Below the pieces are notes generated by a model. It was not told where the DNA came from. It made no database searches and was given only the letters and a program-made list of their open reading frames with translations. A stretch of DNA of 64,000 nt from NCBI GenBank assembly GCA_965219205.1, contig CBDCMQ010000003.1, positions 448,819 through 512,818 on the forward strand, in the 5' to 3' direction. Source of the DNA: Dehalococcoidia bacterium. GTDB taxonomy: Bacteria; Chloroflexota; Dehalococcoidia; DSTF01; WHTK01. A program made the position numbers and the translations under genes. This document shows, piece by piece, positions 1 to 10,415 of the stretch. How positions within the stretch are numbered: position 1 is the stretch's first letter; each line of letters begins with the position of its first letter.

Positions 1-2224
1 TTGCCCTTTCAGGTCATCGAACAGGTAGACGAGCCGAGGGCCGAGAAGGACGCACGGCTCCAGGGCATGTTATTCGACCTCGACGAGCGCGGCCGACAGC
101 TCAAGGGATGGACCAACAAACTCATCTGGGGCGACAACAAGATTATCCTTTCCTCCCTGAAAAACGGACCGCTTCGCGAGGAAATCGAGCGCCAGGGTGG
201 TATCAAACTCATTTACATCTACATCGACCCTCCCTTCGATGTTGGGGCCGATTTCTCTATGGACATTGAGATTGGCGACGAAACATTCACGAAGAAGCCG
301 AACATCCTAGAAGAGATAGCCTACAGAGACACTTGGGGACAGAGATCAGACTCGTTTATCTCCATGATCTGCGAACGGCTCATTCTCATGCGCGATTTAC
401 TTGCAGAGGATGGCGCAATTTACGTCCATTGTGATTCGCGAGTAAATGCATTTCTCCGGCTGTGTTTAGATGAAGTCTTTGGGAGGGATAATCATCTTAA
501 TGACATTGTATGGAAGAGAACTAGCGCGAGAAGCGATGCAACTTTCTGGGGTCCTATCCATGACACAATCCTCTTCTTCTCAAAATCCAAAGGATACACA
601 TGGAATCGAGTTTTTCAAGAGTACGACGACAAATACCTCTCAACCAAATACTCATTCAGTGATGAACGTGGCCGCTACCGAAGGGATAACCTGACCGCCT
701 CCGGCCTTCGTTCAGGCGACTCCGTTAGACCGTGGGGTGGGTTCGATCCATCCGAAACTGGCTCGCATTGGAGCGTCAACCGCGAAGCAGTTGAATCACT
801 GGTTGGCAAAGAAGAATCATCTAGGATGACCACCCAAGAAAAGCTAGACCTCCTGTATAAGAATGACTATATCTACCTGCCAAGGAAAAATGGTGGCACA
901 GATGGAAGGCCCCAATTTAAGAAATACCTTGGCGAAGGCGTAGCAATCCAAGACGTCATAATCGATATTCCACCCGTCAATTCCCAGGCGAGTGAGCGTG
1001 TCGACTATCCTACTCAAAAGCCAGAAGCTCTGATTGAACGAATCATTAAAGCCTCCTCCAAGGAAGGTGACCTCATTGCAGACTTCTTTTGTGGATCAGG
1101 TACAACGGCCGTGGCTTGCGAGACGCTGGGCCGCAAATGGATCGCGACAGATCTAGGCAAGTTTGCCATTCACACCACCCGAAAAGCGCATGATCGGCAT
1201 TCAGCGGAAGCTCAGGACAGAGGGCAAGGACTACCGTGCATTCGAAGTCCTGAACCTCGGGAAGTACGAGCGCCAACACTATGTCGGCGTAAACCCCAAC
1301 CTCCGAGAAGCCGAGCAGCAGAAGCAGCTTGAGGAGAAGGAAACCGCATTCCTGGACTTAGTCCTTAGCGCCTACAAGGCCGAGAAAACAGACGGGTTCA
1401 AGACGTTCCAGGGCAAGAAGGCTGGCCGACTCGTTGCGGTCGGACCAGAGAATCTCCCTGTCACACGGCTCTTCGTAGAAGAAGTCATCCTTGAGTGCCG
1501 CCAAAAGCACATCACGAGTGTTGACATTCTAGGTTGCGAGTTCGAGATGGGCCTCTTCCCTAACGTCCTCGACGAGGCGCGGGCCAAAGGCATCGATATA
1601 CTGCCCAAGTACATCCCTGCAGATGTCTTCGACAAACGTGCAGTTGAGAGAAACCAGGTCGTCTTCCATGACGTGTCCTTCATCGAAGTCAAGCCACAAG
1701 TGCGAGACAACAGCGTCGCGGTCGAGCTGACGGATTTTTCGGTTTTCTACTCCCAGGACTCCATCGCCAATGCCGAAGCCACCTTGAAGGCCAAGGCTAA
1801 CCGCATTGTCGTGGAACAAGGCCAGATCGTGAAAGTAAGCAAGGACGAGGACGGTATCGTCAGCCGCGAAGTCCTGACCAAGAGTTGGACAGACTGGATC
1901 GACTACTGGGCCGTGGACTTCAATTTTGAAAACAAGCGGGAAATCATCCGCAGGCCAATTGAGGCGACAAGTCAGGTCAGATGCCGGGCTTGGAGCAACC
2001 AGAACAAGGCGCCCTACCAAGACTATGAAGAGGTTTGGACCGGCGACTACGTCTTCGAGAACGAATGGCAGTCGTTCTGGACGAAGAAAAAGCGAAAATT
2101 GGAGCTGAGCAGCGTTTTCCAGGAATGCGAGCCCGGCAGGCGCAAACTAGCAGTGAAAGTCGTCGATATCTTCGGCAATGACACCATGACCATCGTCGAA
2201 GTCAACGTCGGCGCAAGCAAGTAA
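1..2224 (+). pseudogene. mod: Type III-like beta-class DNA methyltransferase (Mod). The 5' end is probably cut by the window edge. The gene is frameshifted.
   Basis: Motif IV is IYIDPPFDVGADF. Motif I (FFCGSGTTAVACETLGRKWIATD) lies downstream of it, which is the beta order. The frame switches at the A4 run 1182-1185: ...FAIHTTRK | RMIGIQRKLRTEGKDYRAFEVLNLGKYERQ. Removing one A restores a single ORF. The stop overlaps the res start (TAATG at 2222-2226). Confidence 0.85.
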
Positions 2225-4935
2225 TGGCACTGCATCCCGACTTCCCCGAATCGCCATATGCAATCCTCAACCCTGAGATTCGCTGGTTCCCGGCGGATGA
2301 ATCCCTTCGTGACACGAGTATGGACAAACTAATGCCCCCGCTGGTGCCGGCTCTGCGCCGCAAGGTCCAAGAGTGGCGTGACAGTGGCTACATCAGAGCA
2401 ACGAAAACCAGCCGTGGCCTGCTCAATTGGTGGTTCAAGACGCCCCACCTGCTCCCTCAGCTGGATGGCGCGATGGCGGAGTTCGAGTACTACTTCGCCC
2501 AGCGCGAGGCGCTCGAAACGATTGTCTACCTCTACGCCGTGGTTGGTGTACAGGACAAATTCGACCTCATGCGCTTTGACAGCAGCGGCGCGGTTTCTGC
2601 CGGCCTATTCGACGAGACATGGCGGCGGTTCGTCATCAAAATGGCCACTGGCAGCGGCAAGACAAAGGTGCTGAGCCTCGTTCTGGCTTGGAGCTTCTAC
2701 AACAAGCTTTACGAAGGTGATTCGCAGCTCTCGCGTAATTTCCTGGTGATTGCTCCAAACATCATCGTGCTGGACCGGATCTACAAAGACTTCCAGGGTC
2801 TCCGAATCTTCTTTGAAGACCCAGTCTTACCCGACAACGGAGTCGATGGTCGCAATTGGCGTGAGGACTTCCAGTTGACGCTCCACCTTCAGGACGATGT
2901 CAAAATCACGCACTCTACCGGCAACATTTTTTGACTAACATTCACCGCGTGTACGCAAGCGACGAGGTTCCGCCATCGCCAGACGATGAAAAGTCGATGG
3001 AGTACTTCTTAGGCAAGAGGCCGACGGGTGCGACCACAGACTCAAGCGTGGACCTCGGCATGATCGTCCGTGACATCGATGAGCTGATGGTGCTCAATGA
3101 TGAGGCTCACCATATTCATGATCCGAGCATGGCTTGGTTTAAGTCCATCCAGGACATCCACAACCGGCTCCTCCACAAAGGCTCAGCGTTGTCTCTCCAA
3201 GTCGATGTCACAGCTACGCCGAAGCACGACAACGGCGCAATCTTCGTCCAAACTGTTGCCGACTACCCGCTTGTGGAGGCAATTTCGCAAAATGTCGTGA
3301 AGCATCTAGTGCTGCCCGACGCCGCTAGTCGCGCCAAGCTGACAGAACAGCACAGCGTCAAGTACACAGAAAAGTATTCCGACTACATCCACCTAGGAGT
3401 CGTCGAGTGGCGTAAGACGTATGCCGAGCACGAGAAGCTTGGCAAGAAGGCGGTCCTGTTCGTCATGACCGACGACACCCGCAACTGCGACGACGTTGCC
3501 GAGTATCTCGAAGGTACCTACCCGGACCTGAAAGATGCTGTAAAGATGCTGTAAAGATGCTGTACTGATAATCCACACGAAGAACAATGGCGAGATATCG
3601 GAAGCGAATTCAGGAAAGGCCAAGGAGGAGCTGGACACGATCCGCAAGCAGGCCAACGAGATCGACAGCATGGATAGTCCCTACAAAGCGATCATCGCGG
3701 TCATGGTCCTCAAGGAAGGCTGGGACGTGCGAAACGTCACAACGATCGTCGGCCTGCGAGCCTACTCCGCAAAGAGCAACATCCTGCCCGAGCAAACCCT
3801 TGGCCGCGGCCTGCGGTAAATGTATCCAGGCGAAATCGAGGAGTACGTGAGTGTCGTCGGCACCGCCGCGTTCATGGACTTCGTAGAGTCGATTCAGGCA
3901 GAGGGTGTCATTCTTGAGCGCAAGCCTATGGGTGAAGGTACAGGCCCCAAGACCCCACTCGTCGTCGAGATCGACAACGTCAACGAGAAGAAGGACATTG
4001 ACGCTCTCGATATCGAGATTCCGCTTCTGACGCCGCGGGTCTATCGCGAGTACAAGAACCTCACAGAAGTAAACGTGACTTCTTTGGGACACCAAAAGGT
4101 GGCCTATTTACAGTTCAGCGAAAACGAGCAACGCGAAATTGTCTTCAAAGACGTGACGACGGGAGAGATTACGCAAACCACGATTTTGGATACAGCCGGG
4201 GCTGCTGACTATCGAAGTGTCATCGGTTACTTTGCGCAGACTGTCATGAAGGACCTGCGTCTTGTGAGCGGCTACGACGTGCTTTATGGCAAGGTGAAGA
4301 CCTTCGTTCAGGATGAGCTCTTTGATCACCCGGTGGATCTGGAAAGTCCCAACACGCTTCGAAACCTTTCGGAGTTGGCCGCCACCAGGACGCTCATCGA
4401 CACCCTCAAGAAAGCGATAAACGACCTAACGATCTCAGATAAGGGCGACGCCGAAATCCGAGACACGATTAAGCTCCGTCAGACGCGGCCGTTCGTCGTA
4501 AAAGAACAGGCATATATCGTCCCCAAAAAGAGCGTGTTCAGCAGGATCATCGGCGATAGTCACTTCGAGCTGCTCTTTGCGCGCTTCCTGGAAGACTGCG
4601 ACGACGTGGTCTCGCACGCGAAGAACTTCTTGGCCGTCCACTTCCGCTTGGACTATGTCAATGCGGACGGCGACATCTCAAACTACTACCCGGATTTCTT
4701 CGTCAAGCTCTTGCCTAACCAGGTCTACATCGTCGAAACCAAAGGCCAAGAAGACCTTGACGTTCCGTTAAAGATGGACCGCCTACGGCAGTGGTGTGGA
4801 GATATCAACCAAGTCCAGACAGACGTGGCCTACGACTTCGTATATGTGGACGAAGACGGTTTCAACCAGTACAGACCGACTTCCTTCCAACAGTTAGCGG
4901 ACGGATTCAAAGAATACAAAGAACCCCGTCAGTGA
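2224..4935 (+). pseudogene. res: Type III restriction enzyme Res subunit (SF2 helicase plus C-terminal PD-ExK nuclease), disrupted at three sites
   Basis: Motifs seen: Walker A MATGSGKTKV, DEAH-like VLNDEAHHI, LKEGWDVRNV, QTLGRGLR, and the nuclease motif YYPDFF...IVETKG. Lesions: -1 at T6 2927-2932 (GNIF|LTNIHRVY), +22 nt from the 11-bp x3 repeat at 3531-3563, and an in-frame TAA at 3817-3819 (GRGLR*MYPG). Confidence 0.85.
3531..3563 (+). repeat. Perfect tandem triplication of the 11-bp unit AAAGATGCTGT inside res
   Basis: Read directly. Copies lie at 3531-3541, 3542-3552 and 3553-3563. With one copy the helicase frame continues as ...YPDLKDAVLIIHTKNNGE... Confidence 0.95.
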
Positions 4936-4975
4936 AGGCCCCCGCCTTCGGTTCCCAAAAGTAGGGAGAAACTGC

Positions 4976-6452
4976 ATGGCTTCCGAGTACTTGTCTCAAC
5001 TCAGCGCGTCAGAACGGTTCGACTTGGAAAAGACGCTTCATGCGGCTCAACCTGGCCACTGCTTCATTTGCGAAGAACCTATTGATTACGAGATCCAGAG
5101 AGCTCATTTGGACGTCGATCATGTGCAACCACTGGCGGACCAAGGGAAGGATGACACGAGCAACCTTGCCTTGGCTCACGCGAGCTGTAACCGATCGAAG
5201 CAAGCAGCCGATTTGCGCGTTGCACGAGTCATGGCCCGGTTCGACAAAATCCAACGAGCCGTTCTTGACCTCGGCAAGGATTCGCCAAACCTTGGTGACG
5301 TCCTGGGAACCCGCAAGGGGTCGCGGTTCCACCTAAAACTTACCTGCGACCGGGATCAGGTTCGTTATGGATTCCCGGACCTTGACTGCCCCGACGGCAC
5401 CCAGATTCATGAGGCAGACCTTCTAGCCGATCCGCTGAGCGGCATGAAATACTTCTTTGCATTCTTACCCATCCAGTACATCTTCCACGATGAGCGCATC
5501 AACCCCCGGCATTAGTTCCAGCCTCCGCGGACTGGTCGAGGAGTTCTTTAAGGGGCGGCCTCAACTTCACGTTTCTCTCGCCTGGGTGTCGACGTCGGGA
5601 GCTGACGAGGGCGAGGTGCAGATGTTTGACGGGCAGCACAAAGCAGCCGCACAGATACTGCTCGATGTCGGCTGGCTGCCGTTGAGGATATTTGTCGATC
5701 CGGATCTCGACGTTCTTCTTCAGGCCAACACCAATGCTGGAAGTAAGCTCCGACAGGTGGCGTTCGATAAATCGATTCTGCGTCATTTGGGCAGCGCACT
5801 GTACCTGGATCGAGCTGCACGGTATCAGGCTGAGACTACCAGGTCTGCCGACGACTTCGGCTTTTCTGAGCGAGATTTAGTCTCATTTTTCAGTGGCGAA
5901 GCCAGAGAGATGAAGAGGTACATCGTCGATAACGTCCGTGACGGCTTTACGCATGCACAAGACAATCGCTTGCGCCAATATATTGACCTGGGCGGGAGAA
6001 AGAACGAGAAGCCACTCTCCTACAGCACGATTGATAAAACGTTCTATTCCTTCTTCATCGGCGATGAAATGCTCGCTAGTCCAATCAATTACCTCCTTGA
6101 TGTTGGCGACAATCCTCGTGAATTAGAGCGAGAGCAGATCGTCACCTTAATGAATCTCACCGCCGAGACACTGTTTGAAGGTAAGTTTGACCTGGAGAAG
6201 GGTACTTATAGGATCGAGAACAGGGTTCAGGCCGGTGAGGATGTTCCCGAACTCCACCTGCGGGCGTATCGGATGGCAAAAGAAGAAAACATCTACGTAT
6301 GGCTTGGCTACGTGAAGCAAATTGTGACGACATTTTATGCCGTCCAAGGAATCCCTTTCGTCGAAACGGCACTCTTCCAACGTAGGCATCCTGATGCGCT
6401 TTGGAACAACGTGGCGAACTACTTGAAGAACCTTGGCTCGCTGCCTCTTTAG
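4976..6452 (+). pseudogene. HNH endonuclease fused to a DGQHR (DndB/ParB-like) domain protein, frameshifted
   Basis: The HNH motif is CFICEEPI...HLDVDHVQPL...NLALAHASCNRSK. The downstream part contains MFDGQHKAAAQILL. The frames join at the C5 run 5503-5507 (ERINP|GISSSLRGLVEEF if one C is removed). Beyond the TAG at 6450-6452 the same frame stays open for 47 more codons, to 6596. Confidence 0.65.
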
Positions 6453-6633
6453 CTCAATCGCGACCTCTCCTTGATGATCTTTGGCGGGAAACAAAATTAT
6501 GAGTTTTGGGGCAAGATTTTTATTACTGGACACTCGCCACAAGGCCAGCAGGTAATCACAGAACCACTCAATCTGATCAAGATGGTTCAACCTTAACTAG
6601 TCAAGGTCTGCGCCGCGAGTCAAACACGCAGCC

Positions 6634-7596
6634 CTACACCGTAAGGGCGACGCGGCCTTTGACTTGGCGGCTTTCGATGTAGGCGTGAGCGTCGGCGGCT
6701 TCGCTGAGGGGATAGGTGCGGTCGATGGTTGCTTTGAAGTTGCCCTTTTGCCAGAAGTCGAGGAGTTCCTCGGTCTCTTGGCGGTCGGGGGTGCCGCTGC
6801 CGGCGCCGATTATGGCGATGTTCTTGCCCCAGAGGTCGGGTAGCAGCACTTCGACGCTGCGGCCGCCGCCGGCGCGGCCAAAGTTGATCAGGCGGCCGTA
6901 GGAGCTGAGACACTTCAAACCCTTGAGCAGATAGTCGCCTCCCAAGCCCTCGACGACGACCGGGACGCCGGCTTTGTCTGTACGCTGCATGACTTCCTCG
7001 ACGAAGTCGTGGCTGGCGTAGTTGATCCCGTGGTCGAGACCGTACTGCTTGGCCCACTCGAGCTTGTCGTCGGCGCTGGCGGTGCCGATCACGGTGGCGC
7101 CGAGATGTTTGGCAATTTGGACGCAGGCGATGCCGGTGCCGCTGCCGACGGCGTGGATGAGCACGGTTTCGCCGGCTTGCAGCTTGGCGCAGTGGACCAG
7201 CGCTTGCCGGGCCATGGTCAGGCCGGAGACGATCGTCGCGGCTTCGGTCAAGTCAGTCTCGGCCGAGATCTTGTAGACACGGGAAGCAGGGGCGGCGACG
7301 TATTCCATATAGGTGTTTGGCAACGCGCGGCCGATGACGTGGTCGCCCGCTTTCAAGTCGGCGACATCGCCGCCAACTGCTTCGACGACGCCGGAGCATT
7401 CGTAACCGGGGATGGCTGGTAAGGTTTGACCGCCGATTAGCGGCGAGTGGCCTCCCCTGCGGCTGACCTCGCTAAAGTTGACGCCGATGGCGGCGACCTT
7501 GATCAAAACCTCATCGGCCTTCGGCTCCGGCTTGTTAACGTCGTCGTATTGCAGTACCTCGGGTGGGCCGACCTCGTGGAATCGCATCGCTTTCAT
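6634..7596 (-). CDS. MDR-family NAD(P)H quinone oxidoreductase / zinc-type alcohol dehydrogenase-like protein
   Basis: MKAMRFHEVGPPEVLQYDDV...VLIKVAAIGVNF...VLIHAVGSGTGIA is the typical Qor-like pattern. The start is placed at MKAMRF, internal to the 334-aa ORF. Confidence 0.8.
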   Translation of the reverse strand: MKAMRFHEVGPPEVLQYDDVNKPEPKADEVLIKVAAIGVNFSEVSRRGGHSPLIGGQTLPAIPGYECSGVVEAVGGDVADLKAGDHVIGRALPNTYMEYVAAPASRVYKISAETDLTEAATIVSGLTMARQALVHCAKLQAGETVLIHAVGSGTGIACVQIAKHLGATVIGTASADDKLEWAKQYGLDHGINYASHDFVEEVMQRTDKAGVPVVVEGLGGDYLLKGLKCLSSYGRLINFGRAGGGRSVEVLLPDLWGKNIAIIGAGSGTPDRQETEELLDFWQKGNFKATIDRTYPLSEAADAHAYIESRQVKGRVALTV

Positions 7597-7737
7597 CGTT
7601 GTTTCCCTTCCCCAGGTTTTGCCCCCTGGATGCGTCATGTGTCAGAGTTTAGCCGCATATCGCCTGAGGTTGGAGAGTTGCTCACTGACGAGAGCGCCAT
7701 TGATCCTTAATCGCTTGGCCAAACAGGGGAAACGATA

Positions 7738-8997
7738 GTGGCCTTTCTCAGGCTGCTTAAACGCCCGCACCTGGCGCTGCTCTGGCTGAGCCAGGTTTTG
7801 TCGTCCACCGGCGACACTTTCTATACGGTTGCCCTGATTTGGACCGCGGTGAATGTCGCCGGCAGCAGCGCCGGTGTCGTCGTCGCCGCCGGCTTCGCAA
7901 CCCGGGTGCTGTTCGGACCGATCGGCGGGGTGCTCGCCGACCGTTGGGACCATCGACGCACCTTAATTGGTCTCGACGTTACGCGCGCGATCACGGTTGC
8001 TTCGCTGCCTTTGCTCCATGCGACCGGCTCGCTGGAGCTCTGGCACCTGATCGTTGTCTCAGTGCTGCTGGCCGCGCAATCGACGATCTTCGATCCGGCC
8101 CTGCAAGCGAGCTTGCCCGGTTTGATCAAGTCCAAAGACGACATTGTGGCGATGAACGGGCTGATGGACGGCACGCGGCGTCTTGCCCTGGCGCTGGCGC
8201 CGAGCCTGGCCGGCGCTTTGGTCGCCGTTTTGCCTCTGCCGCAGTTCTTCACGCTGGACGCGTTCAGCTTTTGTGCCTCGGCCGTCGCTTTGATCGCCAT
8301 CGGACGCCACTTCGCCAAGACGCCGGCCACCGCGGCGGCCCTGACCCGGCTAACGATCGGCAACGTCTTTGGCGACGTCGTGACCGGTGTTAGGTTGGTC
8401 CGAACCAACGCGATCTTGAGCTGGTTCCTGGTCAACCAGGCGGTCAGCAACGCGGCCTGGGCGGCGACTTTTAACGTCGGCGCGGCGCTGCTAGCGTCAC
8501 GAACCCTGGGCGGCGAAGTTGGCACTTACGGCCTGATTCTTGGGGCCTACGGTGCGGGCAATATTCTTAGCAACTTCGTTGTCGGCAATCTCGGCATTAG
8601 CCGCCCGACGGTGATGCTGGCGGCCTCGCGGTTGGTCCAGGCAGCCGGCATCGCGATAATCGCCATCGCACCTTCGCTGCCGGTGGCGATGGCCGGTTCG
8701 TTCCTGACCGCGATCGGCGGGCCGATGGGCGATCTGATGCTGCTGGCCGTGATGCACCGCGATATGCCCCAGGGCACGATCGGCAAGGTTTATGCCTTGA
8801 GGATGACGATCGCCAGCATCGGCGTCTTCGTGGGGCTAATGCTGGCGGGTCCGCTGTACGCCAACGTCGCGATCAGGACCGGGATTGGAATTTGCGCCGT
8901 GCTTATGGCCATGACGGGTGTTGCGGGCTTCCTTCGCTTCGGGCTGGGTACACCGCGCACTGGTTCCACGCACCCGGTGAGCCAAACCGAGGCTTAG
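7738..8997 (+). CDS. MFS transporter
   Basis: A 419-aa hydrophobic ORF with about 12 predicted helices and an MFS-like N-terminus (LWLSQVLSSTGDTFYTVALIW, ADRWDHRR). It uses a GTG start. Confidence 0.8.
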   Translation: MAFLRLLKRPHLALLWLSQVLSSTGDTFYTVALIWTAVNVAGSSAGVVVAAGFATRVLFGPIGGVLADRWDHRRTLIGLDVTRAITVASLPLLHATGSLELWHLIVVSVLLAAQSTIFDPALQASLPGLIKSKDDIVAMNGLMDGTRRLALALAPSLAGALVAVLPLPQFFTLDAFSFCASAVALIAIGRHFAKTPATAAALTRLTIGNVFGDVVTGVRLVRTNAILSWFLVNQAVSNAAWAATFNVGAALLASRTLGGEVGTYGLILGAYGAGNILSNFVVGNLGISRPTVMLAASRLVQAAGIAIIAIAPSLPVAMAGSFLTAIGGPMGDLMLLAVMHRDMPQGTIGKVYALRMTIASIGVFVGLMLAGPLYANVAIRTGIGICAVLMAMTGVAGFLRFGLGTPRTGSTHPVSQTEA

Positions 8998-9094
8998 CGC
9001 GGCTTTCAAGCCTTTATCGCCGCGTCTATTCGGCTCTTCGAGGGCCAGTTAGAATTCAATGTGGTCTGCAAGCAAGGCCTAGCGAGTTGAATAC

Positions 9095-9119
9095 GGCGGG
9101 GTGAGTAGACTCCGCTTTT
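9095..9119 (+). terminator. Candidate intrinsic terminator downstream of the MFS gene
   Basis: GCGGGG-tgagtaga-CTCCGC forms a 6-bp stem including one G-U pair, followed by TTTTT. Confidence 0.3.
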
Positions 9120-9140
9120 TCCCTGATTGCGAGGTCGCCC

Positions 9141-10382
9141 GTGGTTGAATACGCCGCCGATGCGCCCCTGGGTGTGCTCGATGGAGTCCGAGTTATTGAC
9201 CTTTCGCGCCTGGTCGCGGGCAACACGCTGACCCAGATGCTGGGAGATTTTGGCGCCGATGTAGTCAAAGTGGAGCCGCGAGCCGGTGACACGCTGCGGG
9301 CATGGAAGGTGAAGGGTGTCGAGACCACCTGGAAAATCTATAGCCGCAACAAGCGCAGCCTGGGGTTAGAGTTTCGCCACTCGAGCACGCGGGATGTGCT
9401 CCTGCGTCTCGCGGCTGGCGCCAACGTGTTTATAGAGAGCTTCCGGCCCGACACTTTGGAGAACATGGGCCTTTCGCCGAGTGTTTTGTTTGAGGCCAAC
9501 CCAAAGCTGGTCATCGTGCGGATTTCCGGCTGGGGACAGGATGGCCCCTACCGGCAACGGCCCGGCTTTGGCACCCTGATCGAAGGAATGTCCGGGCTGG
9601 CTTCGATGAATGGCTTTCCCGATCGGGAGCCACTGCTGCCGCCCACCTACCTGGCAGACACTGTCGCGGGCTTGAGCGGCGCGGCGGCGGTGCTGCTGGC
9701 GCTAAGAGAGGTGGAAGTAAACGGCGGCCAGGGCCAGGTAATCGATCTGCCGTTGTTCGATCCTTTGTTTTCCATTTTGGGTCCCCAAGCGGCAAACTTT
9801 CGCCTGACCGGCAAGCCCAAGCAGCGCAACGGCAGCCGCTCTGCCGATACGGCGCCACGCAACGTCTATCAAACCAACGACGGCCAATTCGTTTGCGTGT
9901 CGGCCTCGACTCAAGGCATGGCGGAGCGGCTTTTGGATGCTATCGGCCGCGCGGAATTGTTCCAGGATCCGAAATTCGCCACCAGCGCCGCCCGGCTGCA
10001 AAACGTGGATGAACTGGACGAAATCATCTCCGAGTTCATCGGTTCTCGTACTTTGACGGAGAACATCTCGTTCTTCGATGCTGCCGAAGTTACCGTCGGT
10101 CCGCTCTACGACATCTCTCAGATCATCGAAGACCCGCACGTTCAGGCGCGCGGCCTGGTTGAGGACTATCCTGACGCCGACATGGAGGCCTTCCCGATGC
10201 ACGCGGTGCCGGTGCGGCTTTCGGGAACGCCCGGCAGCATCCGGAGCCCAGCCCCTACCCTTGGGCTCGACAGTCGGGACGTTCTAGTAGGCGCGGGCTT
10301 TCCCGAAGATGAGGTGGATTCCCTGATAGAGGCCGGCTGTGTCCTCGCTTCGGGCTCGGCGGAAATGGCAGAGACTGACTGA
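9141..10382 (+). CDS. CaiB/BaiF family (class III) CoA-transferase
   Basis: LDGVRVIDLSRLVAGNTLTQMLGDFGADVVKVEP is the signature N-terminus. The length is 413 aa. Confidence 0.9.
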   Translation: MVEYAADAPLGVLDGVRVIDLSRLVAGNTLTQMLGDFGADVVKVEPRAGDTLRAWKVKGVETTWKIYSRNKRSLGLEFRHSSTRDVLLRLAAGANVFIESFRPDTLENMGLSPSVLFEANPKLVIVRISGWGQDGPYRQRPGFGTLIEGMSGLASMNGFPDREPLLPPTYLADTVAGLSGAAAVLLALREVEVNGGQGQVIDLPLFDPLFSILGPQAANFRLTGKPKQRNGSRSADTAPRNVYQTNDGQFVCVSASTQGMAERLLDAIGRAELFQDPKFATSAARLQNVDELDEIISEFIGSRTLTENISFFDAAEVTVGPLYDISQIIEDPHVQARGLVEDYPDADMEAFPMHAVPVRLSGTPGSIRSPAPTLGLDSRDVLVGAGFPEDEVDSLIEAGCVLASGSAEMAETD

Positions 10383-10415
10383 AGTTAGGCAAGCTTTTCG
10401 CCCGAGGAGGTAATC

